Assembly (NCBI RefSeq): GCF_001194135.2
Contig: NC_068981.1
Location: 177,173,889 to 177,235,095, forward strand
Direction: 5' to 3'
DNA length: 61,207 nucleotides
DNA from: Octopus bimaculoides
Taxonomy: Eukaryota
A program made the position numbers and the translations under genes. Shown one piece after another: positions 50,880-61,207 of the stretch (positions within the stretch are counted from its first letter, which is position 1; each line of letters begins with the position of its first letter). The notes beneath the pieces are model-generated. The model made no database searches, was not told where the DNA came from, and saw nothing but the letters and a program-made list of their open reading frames with translations.

Positions 50880-51587
50880 TTGGATGTGTAATGTCAATGT
50901 GAATACCCGTCAGAGTGTAAGTATCTTGAGAGAAAAGCTGAACATTAGAAGCATCAGTTGTGGTGTGCAAGAGAGACGATTGCGCTGGTATGGACATGTG
51001 GTGAGAATGGATGAGGATAGCTGCGTGAAAAAGTGCCACACCCTAACAGTTGAGGGAACCCGTGGAAGAGGTAGGCCCAGGAAGACCTGGGCTGAGGTGG
51101 TGAGGCACGACCTTCGTACATTGGGCCTCACCGAGGCGATGACTACTGACCGAGACCTTTGGAAATGTGCTGTGCATGAGAAGACCCGGCAAGCCAAGTA
51201 AGNNNNNNNNNNNNNNNNNNNNNNNNNNNNNNNNNNNNNNNNNNNNNNNNNNNNNNNNNNNNNNNNNNNNNNNNNNNNNNNNNNNNNNNNNNNNNNNNNN
51301 NNNNNNNNNNNNNNNNNNNNNNNNNNNNNNNNNNNNNNNNNNNNNNNNNGGCACATAAAAGACACCATTTCGAGCGTGGCCGTTTTCGTGCGGGTGACAC
51401 GTAAAAGCACCCACTACACTCTCTGAGTGGTTGGCGTTAGGAAGGGCATCCAGCTGTAGAAACTCTGCCAAATTAGATTGGAGCCTGGTGTTGCCATCCG
51501 GTTTCACCAGTCCTCAGTCAAATCGTCCAACCCATGCTAGCATGGAAAGCGGACGTTAAACGATGATGATGATGATGATGATGATGA
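50880..51587 (+). mobile_element. Young 5'-truncated RTE LINE (ORF C-terminus, 3'UTR, (GAT)n tail); spans the N gap
   Basis: Intact 105-aa ORF end RRLRWYGHVVRM..GRGRPRKTWAEVV..TRQAK*; 3'UTR resumes at 51350. Confidence 0.9.
51203..51349. other. Assembly gap (147 N)
   Basis: Run of N. Confidence 1.
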
Positions 51588-51589
51588 GT

Positions 51590-51880
51590 ACTAATGAGCA
51601 AAGAGGAAATCTGTGTGTAAGAGTAATGAAATGCAGTGTGTTAAAGAAGACTAGCATGGGAATGTGATGCATAGAGAGAACGACAGCTTTATAAAGAAGC
51701 ATAGAGCACTCAAATTTGATGAAACTAGTGGAAAAGGGTAAACCTATTATGTCCTGAGATGAAGTGATGTAGACTGATTTCAAGATGCTGAGCTTTACAG
51801 AGATGACATAACCACAAGTGGTGACATGCAATGCTGGAGAAGATTCAGACACCTGTGCAAGAACTGCAAGATAAATGTTA
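51590..51880 (+). mobile_element. Old RTE ORF 3' remnant
   Basis: Decayed counterpart of the 50880-51200 region (gcatgggaatgtgatgcat..ggaaaagggtaaacct..gagatgaagtgatg). Confidence 0.5.
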
Positions 51881-53316
51881 AAATGGTAGTGGTAGTAATA
51901 GAGGTTGAGATGCATATCTTTACTGTTAGGTTTTCTCTCTTATGTTCCTGTTATGACTCCATCTACTACTCTTTCTCATCTATCAAATAATCTCTCTCCT
52001 ATTCACAGTATCACAACATCTGTATAACAAGGGATGGCACTGAATTTGCGTTAGTATTCAATCCCTAATATCATTACTCTTCTTTGCTGCTAGACATCAT
52101 TCTATCTCCTCTATGTCACTAATCATTGATATCAGCTTGAATGAATCAGAAACTGATTTTTCCAAAATGACTTTCTGCTTGTATTAAGTTGAGGAAATCA
52201 GCTTGAATGCAAAAGTAGAAATTGGTTTTGGAATGTCCTTATAAGTATCCTGAAACCTTTTCAATATATTCCTTGAAAGTGTGTTGTGTGTTCATTATAA
52301 TGTGCAGAGGATCCAAAAAAGGTACCTCATTATAAAAATATGGCTATTATATTCAACAAATACTGCTTTAAGTTTCAAACTAAGACCACTGATATTTTTA
52401 CAGTAATTCTAGGATTATTCAAGAATTAATGTGAGAAAATCACTGTTCAATTCTAGTGCACACAAATTTTACTAACTATCATCTTAAATACACTGAGTAT
52501 TTTGTAGAATCAAACTGCTAGTCAAACAATATTTACATACCTGGGTAGCAACCTCACATAAGTTGTATCAGTGACAAGAGCAATAAATAAGTTTCTGTTT
52601 CTTTGACCAGAATCTACCTGGCCAGTATAAAACAAGCTTGTTTTTCTTGCTTCAGATTATTATAGTGTAATTTTACCTCTGATACTGACCACAGTAATCA
52701 GAATTAAGGGTGGTAGGACTGTGTTTTCAATAAAGTATGAACACTAAATGCTAAGGCTGTGTAGCTGCTGAAGGGACCAGATACCTTACATGATGAAATC
52801 AAGATATGAAAACCCTCTACCCATGGTGAACTGTCTCAGAACAAATGTAATTAAGGCATTCCAAGTGAATTCAAAAAGTAGCTGATAACAGACTGATTGC
52901 CTACAGAGAATGGCAATAGATGGCTTTGTAAAACAATTGGTAAGATGTTATCAGGTATAAAATTTGAAAACATCCAGAAGAAAAGTAGGAAAAAAGTATT
53001 AAAAAACACAAGAAAGAATATATCTCTCAGCCAAGTCTATAATTGCTTAATCTGCTTCAGAGTTAGAAAATACAGAATCAGTTTCTACTGTAACCAGAAA
53101 ATCTTGGTGCCAAGGACAGACATCTGGTTAATCTGCAAATGCAAATAGTTTCCCCCATAGCAACGGATTAACAGTTAAAAAAATATAAATACACACATAC
53201 ACTGACTTATAGGAATACAAATAGGCACAGAGAAAGAAAGAATTTTCAAATATTCCACACACTTCCAATTTAAAAATATAAATTTGCAAATGAAACAATA
53301 TTTTGGCTATACTCAC

Positions 53317-56257
53317 ATCCTGGTCCTAAACAACCACAGTCTGGAATGTCTACTTTTATATTTGCTTTGAGTCGATTAAATAAATTAGCACCATCATTAT
53401 TTTCTTTCGTATTGTCATCTGTAGAATTTTGGGGTAAAGTATCTTCCTGAGGTTCTGTTTTCACTTGGGGATTAGATTCCATTTTGCCCTCGTAACATGA
53501 ATTTTTCTTAGTATCAGCAGAATATTTGTTATTAAAGATATGTTTAACAGTGGAATTAAAAGCATCTGAAATTTTTGTCATTTTCTCACTAGGAATTTTG
53601 GTATTTTGGGGACAAGAATTAAGGAAAGCACTTTGAAAATTACTGTCAGTAAAATTTGAATTATTTATTGAAAATTTACATTTAACATCTGAAGATAATG
53701 GATTTCCATGTTTGTCTGTTTCAATTTTCATACTATTCAGTTTAAATTGTGTATTATTGTCAGAGGATATTTCTGGTGTATATGCATTGAGTGGTTTTAA
53801 ATCACTATTGGTATTTGAGCCAGCAGCAGCAGCAAGCTTTACTTTATCCATACACTGAGATTTTGGCAATGATTGGCTGGAAATATGTGCACTTGAACTA
53901 GAAGGATGAAGTGTTTGGTAATTATTTACAGAATGAGAAGATGGTATGGTCATTTGATTTGAAGACATACTCATCTGAGAGTTCTTTGAATTTGAGCTGA
54001 AAGTATCCCGAAATGTAGGCAAAGGGACTAATGAAACAGGTTGTAATGATGAAGATGTTGCCACATCAACAGAAGAGTCAATATCAGAAACTGGTTCAGT
54101 TTTTACCTGAATCATATTAGCATTTCCCTCAGTAAATGGCTGCCAAAGAGATTTCCTACTGCTACCAAAGTATTGTTGGTCAGATAGGAAATCCTCTTTT
54201 TTGATTGAAGCAGGCACCATATTTTTAACAACCTCTTCATATGAAGGAGGCTTTGGGTATGGGGGTGGAGGAGGTGGAAAAGTACTGAAAGTTCGGTGTT
54301 TGGATTGATTGGATAATGTACTTGAACTAAAAGAAGTTTTGTTGGCAGCACAGGTATAAATGCTAGAAGTATACTGTGGAGTAACTATATTAGATGCAGA
54401 ACAAACATGATCACTCATAGGTTTAGCACTAATCAATGGCATTCCAAGCAAATGATGCGGTAGATATCGATGTTGTTTAACATTATCAGTTTTTAATTTT
54501 GAAGCATGTTCAGGAAACGAGACTGCTACATTGTGATCTCCCACTTGTATATTACCATATCTTGAAGAGGCATGGGAACCATATTGTACGTTAGAAATGT
54601 TGCTGTGAGCTTTTGGAGGAAATCGTACTTTATTATACTGCATATATTCATGTGGTTGTTGAAGAGGATTTGTAGAAGCAATATTGGCAGGTATTGTTGT
54701 AAGGTTCATAGCATTTGGTAGAGGATCAAACGCTGATAACTGAAGCTGACTGTTGAACATAGAATCATTCAATGCGGATTGCGTTCTGTGTTCAGCTGAA
54801 AGCAATCTGTTATCAGGGGGTAGATTTCTCAAAGAACTTCTGGATTTTGTTGCTTTTATCTGACTTCTGTATGATGGAGATTTTACAGTTCTTGGTTTTG
54901 ATGCAGTACCAGACCTAGCTGATGCCCTTGGCTGGTTAAGTTTTCCTCTTTCATTATACTGTGAGCTATCAGGCACCCAAGTTGATGAACTATGAACATC
55001 TGAATTAACTGAATTAATAACAACATTTTGAGCAGGTGATAAAATATTTTGAGCTAAGTCATCTTTTGAAGATACTGAATAAGAAGATGACTCATGACTG
55101 TAACCTCTTGTAATACACTGACTATCGGATAATATGACATTTGAATCAGTTTCTTCTTTTCTATACATTTGAGAAGAGCTTCCTGATTTATCATAACAAT
55201 ATGGTAAATTGGAAGTAGGTTTCATAATTTGATCATTCATGGATAGAGTCTTACTCAGATCATTACAACTAGTTGAGACATTGCTTACAATAACAGAATC
55301 TACATTATTTGCTTTACTAGTTTCTATTAAAGTTTTATCAACATTTGAATTACTAGAGCACAATTGGGTCCGGTCGATAGACATATCAACTGGTGCGATT
55401 AGAGAAAGGACCGATGAGCTAGGACACTGCAACATACCAGTAGTCACAGCTGGCCATGATGATGGAGGTATGTGTGATGAAGAAGAAGAAGAATTTTCCG
55501 AATGAGAAATTTTCAGTCGCTTAGATTTCAACATGTCATCAGTGTTAAGACTTTTTCTAGATTCAGATAATTGGCATGGCATATTTAGAGGGTTCTTTCT
55601 AACTGATTCTTCAGAAATTTCATTACACAACATATTTTCATATGATACAGAAGGAGGCAATGACTGTGCCACATGGGCAGTCATTTGACTACTTACAGCT
55701 GCAGAATTAGATTGCGTTGAGATCAGGCTTTGTTCACAGCTGGTGTTAACTTCTAAATTCTCTCTTAGACGAACCATCACATCTGAATCTGGAGAATAGC
55801 CTTTTTCACTGAGAGAACCATTGTCAAAAGTTCCAGTTCTGGGATTACAAGATATTTGATTTGAATGTAAATTATTTTCTTCTCGAATATCATCAACATT
55901 TTTCTGACTGGTTATATTTTGCAACTGATTACTATTAACATATTTTAATTCAGTAAATGCATATCCCTGAGATTGTAATGTCTTTTGATGGTTCATCTCT
56001 GGTTGAATGGACTGGAGTTCATTATTAATATGGCTGCTTTCCATTTCAGAGTTCTTTTCAGTTGAACAGCAGGATGAAGAAACAATACAGTTGTCGCAAT
56101 TATCCTTCATTGGTAATGTTGTTCTTGGGGACTGCATAGATACTGCTTCCTGAGTTTGATTTTGAAAAACATCACTGTTAAATAACTGAGACTTTGAAGC
56201 ATTTGAAACTGCATCCTTTGGGAGATTATCCTGTGATGTTCCTAATGTTTTATGTAC
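53317..56257 (-). CDS. TET: TET dioxygenase, large N-terminal-region exon (2941 nt), ends in the first Cys-rich motif DIPDCGCLGP
   Basis: 955-aa ORF 53270..56137. Acceptor tttaatttttcag|GTACAT at 56258/56257; frame open 40 codons upstream of ATG 56137. Donor GGAT|gtgagt at 53317/53316 (phase 1). PDCGC matches TET2 C1133/C1135. Confidence 0.93.
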
Positions 56258-56439
56258 CTGAAAAATTAAAATATAAATATAAGTCTTCTTTCAAAATAGC
56301 ATGTCATAACATAAGTATTATTGTCAGCATTTTGCCTCTTTTAGCTCATTCTTTGTGTATGTTACAGATATGCAGTGCAATATAGCATGATATCAGCAAA
56401 TAATGCCTACAGAAAGCTAACAGAATGCCAGAATTTCTC

Positions 56440-57135
56440 AAGCTCAATGGCTGACATAAAAAAAAAAGAGCATGGGATTCATTTGTGACTGTTGTGAAAG
56501 TATTTGAGGGGAGTGAAAGGTTGCAAACTACAAGAATTTGGTGGAGACATTAGCTGATAGCTTTCTTTTCTTTTAGGCTGCAACATGAACATAAAGCTTT
56601 ATTTCCTCAATAGCCATCTTGATGAATTTCCTGCCAGTCTTGTAGATGTGAGCGATGAGCACAGTGAGCATTTTCATCAAGCAATCAAGATTATGGAGGT
56701 GAGATAACAAGGCCGATGGAAAACAGACATGACGGCAGACTACTGTTGGAGTATTCAGAGAGATTGTGTAGACATGAAAGTCTCCAGATGCTCTCACAAG
56801 TGGAAATTTGTTCTGTGAATACGAAGGTATGTGTATAATGGTTTGTGTTTTATCCATCATATTAGAAAATTAACAGCAGGTATTTAGTAAAAGGTGATGC
56901 TATCTTATATTTTGTATTCTATTGACATTATAAATTATGGTTTGAAGCTATAAGACTTAGTGGACTATCCTGACCAGGTAAATTATTTATACAGTACATC
57001 ATAAAATAGGGGTATGCTATAGAATGAAAACTTGATGTATTAGGGGGAAATGGATGCCATATATGGAATCAGCATCTCAAAATTAACTAGAAACAACCAC
57101 AAAACCGAAGTCAGCAAAAAGTGTGTTGACCAGTG
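56440..57135 (+). mobile_element. Chapaev3-type (CMC) DNA transposase C-terminal relic and right end
   Basis: LGCNMNIKLYFLNSHLDEFPASLVDVSDEHSEHFHQAIKIMEVR*QGRW..ADYCW, matching the SDEHGERFHQD..RYQG..DYCW motif; ends near ..cagtg. Family name is from memory. Confidence 0.65.
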
Positions 57136-58499
57136 TAATCTGTAAAAATTTAACATAAAACATGGGCGAACATAGTGTAATTTAAATATATAGAGGCCAC
57201 AAAATCCTAGTTTCATTGAAATAAAAGGAAGAGAATGAGAGCGAAAAGAAAAGGATTGAAAAGAAACAACAGACAGAAAGAAGAAAAGGAAAAAAAAGGA
57301 AGCCAAGCAGGAAAAAAATAACAAATGACTGACAGAGAGAAAAAAAACGGGCATTTGAAATAGTTAATATATGTACTTCATTGACTTGAGAATTGATCTG
57401 AGCTCTCTTTGTAAGCTAAACAATATTCAGCCAAGTAATAGAGCTCAATACTTATAACACAGCAAGACAGTCAACTTCGTTTTACACACACACCACACAC
57501 ACATACATACACACATATATACATACACACACACATATATATATATAAACATACATACATACATACATACATATATGTGTATGTATAATTTCTTTGTGTT
57601 TGTGTCATGAATGTTTGATACTTTAATAGCCAGACACAGATGCATACACACACCAATGACAGTAACACAGCAGTGTGTGTGTTATCAAAGGAACTAAAAA
57701 GTGATTATAATGTAACATTTCCTGGTGTCTAAATTTTAATGTGTTTTACACCATCCCTGCTGCTTTTATTTGTTCATGTCAATGCAAGTGCAAACTTACT
57801 CAACTTTAGACTTAGCAGTATTCAACAGTGACATCAACACTTTAACAGTCATATCCAATTCTCATTCACTGAGTTTTGCCCTCATGGTCTTCACAGTGCA
57901 GTATGAGAGACAAACTCACAACATCAAATCTTTGTAAGATAATGAAAGCAAAGATCTCTATTTTCATAAATATATATATACACGTCAGAATAAATTAAAT
58001 AGTAGATTCCAAATAAAGTGATGAAAAACCAGTGTAACTTTCCAGTTGTTACTTATCCCATAGCAGCCTAAGTTGAACAAACTTCAGCTTGCCGTGATCA
58101 GGGGAAAGCATATCTTAGGATTCATTATCCATTGTGTCCTTCATTTTTTTTTTTTAGATAGTAGGGTATGATGTAAGAGATTGTTATTTCTAGTTAGTTG
58201 AGTGTCTGTACTGGGTGATAGTGCAATACATAAATAAGAAATATATAAAGTAATATTACATATAAAACTACCAACTTGTTGCCTTTCCATTGAAATAAGA
58301 AGCATTATATATGCATGATGGACCTGTTTGTTGCAGCAGAGAAGCTGCTATCTGCCAACTGTGAAAAACACAAGGATGCTGGGCAGAAGAACTTACAAAA
58401 TCAACGGCCAGGGTCACCTATTTCAGTAAGGCAACTATTGCAACATTTATAGGTATGGTGTCCATAGATGGAATGTCCAGCTTATGGAAGATAAGTATG

Positions 58500-60183
58500 A
58501 CCTTTTCTCATATTAGAAGCTTAAATTGCTTGTGCAGGTCAACAAGAGGTGCATCCTAATGAGGTTGTGACTTTGGCCACAGCATTCAAAAAGTCAGTAA
58601 GGAAGTCAAACTCAAAACCTAACCTTTTAAAATGTAAAAAGTATTTCAACATTTCCACCTCCAATATCCAAACATTTAACCACTTAAATCAGTCGTCAGA
58701 ACTCACTGCATCTGCTATCAAGCAAAATATCAGTATAATTACTATACAAGAACACCATTTTCATCACTGCAATCTTGAACTAAAATATCATGATGCTGGA
58801 AATGAATGGACCTTCATCTCTACTTCAGCATGGAAAGGCCCTAACAACTTTACACTGGGAGGTGTAGGAATGCTACTCAGTCCTCACACTCTGCGCTCAC
58901 TCAACAATATTGAAAAGATCCATCCTCAAATTATTATAGTAATCTTTAGCAGAAGCTCACACACCATTTTTATATCTTGCTACAGTTTAACAAATTTCCC
59001 TGACGAAGCAGGGGTTGTTACATTTTACCATGAACTCTTTTATCATGTGAGACAAATATCTTGTCATAATGTCTTGCTTATAGGAGGTGATATGAATGCT
59101 CATCTTGCAAAGGTTGAATACAAATACAGCTTCCATGAAACAATGAATCAAAATGGAAAATATCTGCATGAATTCATATCTGAAAATGGTCTCATCTATC
59201 TTAACATAAGATATCAAAAGTGGTCTGGCATTCAGGGTACATTCACATACCCAAATGGAACAAAAATACAATTAGGCTACATTTCATTAACAAAAAAACA
59301 AAAAACAAAAAAAACAGGGCAAATAGCACCATGAACTGCATAACATTTGATACATTTGATAATGTTTCCTCTGACCACAGGATAGTATCAGCTAAAATTC
59401 ACCACAGTCTAAGATCAAACAAAAAGCCTGGAATCAAACAGATGAAGTTTTGTGATGCAGAGTCTCTCTTGTACAGCCTGGAAAGTGCTGCTAAAGGTGT
59501 TAGTCTCTACATCAACTCAGACAAGACAGAATATATGATGTACAACCAGAGTGGTAACATTAACTCCACATCCAGAAAACCCTTGAAAAATGTTAACAAA
59601 TTCACATACCTTTGAAGTAAAATTGCAAAGGAAGATCTGCCTGCAAATAATGTTTATGTTTGAAATGACAAAGCCTGGGCAGCTTTAAATAAATTATCAA
59701 TGGTTTGAAAATCTAAGTTTCCATTAAATTTAAAATGTAATTTCTTTCCGGTAGGTGTGCAGTCAGTTTTGTTATATGGATGTACAACACAGATTCCTAC
59801 AAAGTATCTTGAAAAGAAAATCAATGGAACTTATACAAGAATGTTTCAATCTGTTCTGGACATCTCCGAGAGACAACACCTTACAAAAGAACTTCTCTAT
59901 GGTAATTTACCCCCAATATCACACATCATCAGAAAAAGAACAAGATTTACTGGACATTGCTGGAGAGCAAAGGATGAGGTTATCAGTGACATTCTTCTCT
60001 GGGAACTGAAGCATGAGTATGCAAACATTGGTAGATCACATTGAACCTACACAAAGCAACTGTGCGAGGACTCCGAGTACACCCAAGAAAACCTACCACA
60101 TGCAATGGCAGACTGAACAGACAGGAGAGACTGATTCATGGCAATCCATGCAATAAGCACAACCAGATGATGATGATGATGAT
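58500..60183 (+). mobile_element. RTE-X-like LINE relic with internal deletion and (GAT)n tail
   Basis: ORF 58549..59334 is an APE endonuclease (IQEH, GGVGMLLSP, GGDMNA, SSDHRIV), followed by the post-YADD RT and C-terminal part (INSDKTEYM, FTGHCWRAKDE); most of the RT is missing. Confidence 0.75.
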
Positions 60184-61207
60184 ATGTGCAACTAAACCAG
60201 ATTTTAAAACAATATCTTATACTATTTAAGTGTATTGCAGAATGTTTAGATCAGACAAGGTAAAACACACAATTATTGTTTGAGAATCATGGATTAACTA
60301 CTAATACTGAAAGCAGAAACATTTTATTCTTTAGATTAATGTTTTCATTCTATAGGACTCTTCACTAGAAATTAAGTTTTATACAGAGTTTTAAAAATTT
60401 TCTTGCTACTATTAAATATTTTGTTAATATTTAGTAGTATCAAATTAGTAGTATCAATAGAGTATTGAACAAAATGACTTGTGATGTTTAGTTATATCTC
60501 TCTAAGGAGTTCAAATCTTGCCATTCTTCCTAGGTTGATAAGTATCAGTCAAAAAATCAGTTGTTTCTTCAATGAAAATGTATAGCCTGACAGGTAATAT
60601 AATGTCTCATCAATTTTTAATAGAAAATCAATATATATATAATTGGAAGAAAACAATAATTGTTTAATTTCATTATCATTTGCTATTTTTCTTTTGTAGA
60701 ACACAAACACAGAATAATCAAGAAATGTGTAAACAGATCATTTAACTGTACCTCAAAATGAATGCAGATATAAATGATAGCTTGTAACATATTGGTTTAA
60801 AAACCCCTGGAATAAAGAAAAAGCTGCAAGCTAACTGTGGGATAAGAACTACATAATGCTTATTAGTTACTCTTTGGTACATTTAATGTTCTAATTATTT
60901 ATATCTCTGCCAGAGATCACAACCCATTTGTGTACTCTAATATATACATGTACATAACATTCGGATTCCAGACTATTTCTTTATAACATGTAGTTTGGGA
61001 CTAGACTTTTGTACTCTGGCTGTAGTTTGTCTACAGACCTATATATACACAGCATTACACAAAATCAAGCATACAGACATCACCATGTTTTTAGTGTCAC
61101 TGAACAAATAAAAACAAAAATGAAAATAATGTATACTTTACTACCACAATAGTAAATTCTCCAGAATAGAAACACAGCTTTATATATATATATATATATA
61201 TATATAT

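Noticed and set aside
54112-55505. Alternative-frame and antisense ORFs within the big TET exon
   Set aside because: Short, no motifs, expected inside a 2.9-kb stop-poor region.
57797-57925. Possible upstream TET exon (donor TGA|gtaagt on the minus strand)
   Set aside because: The only ATG frame ends in phase 2, incompatible with the phase-0 acceptor at 56257; no CXXC content. It could only be non-coding and has no support.
58549-59334. 261-aa ORF as a host endonuclease gene
   Set aside because: It continues into decayed RT sequence and a (GAT)n tail, so it is a LINE relic.

Overview
AT-rich, repeat-dense eukaryotic DNA with three N gaps. The SINE, RTE, Tx1 and mariner families look like those of Octopus, so the taxon is inferred, not shown. 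The only confidently supported host gene is a TET methylcytosine dioxygenase on the minus strand. I reconstructed 8 coding exons by hand (56257-53317, 41637-41547, 39423-39330, 35432-35224, 32266-32122, 28752-28663, 28116-27964, 27084-25111). All introns are GT-AG with consistent phases, giving 5697 nt = 1898 aa plus stop. All Fe/2OG and Zn ligands are present. The frame is still open at the first acceptor and no CXXC exon is visible, so the 5' end probably lies beyond the window. The rest is mostly decayed transposons (Helitron, piggyBac, three mariners, hAT MITEs, Chapaev-type, Tx1, RTE, RTE-X-like, CR1, an RLE LINE fragment, three SINE families, an LTR-like island). Best leads: short linear motifs in the disordered parts of TET (PLDLS, tandem PPxY), a correctly spaced TATA+Inr promoter pointing antisense at the TET 3' end, inverted SINE pairs flanking TET catalytic exons, and a CpG-retaining promoter-like patch at ~16 kb with unassigned candidate exons. 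I found no clear evidence of a wholly new biological system; these leads are hypotheses.
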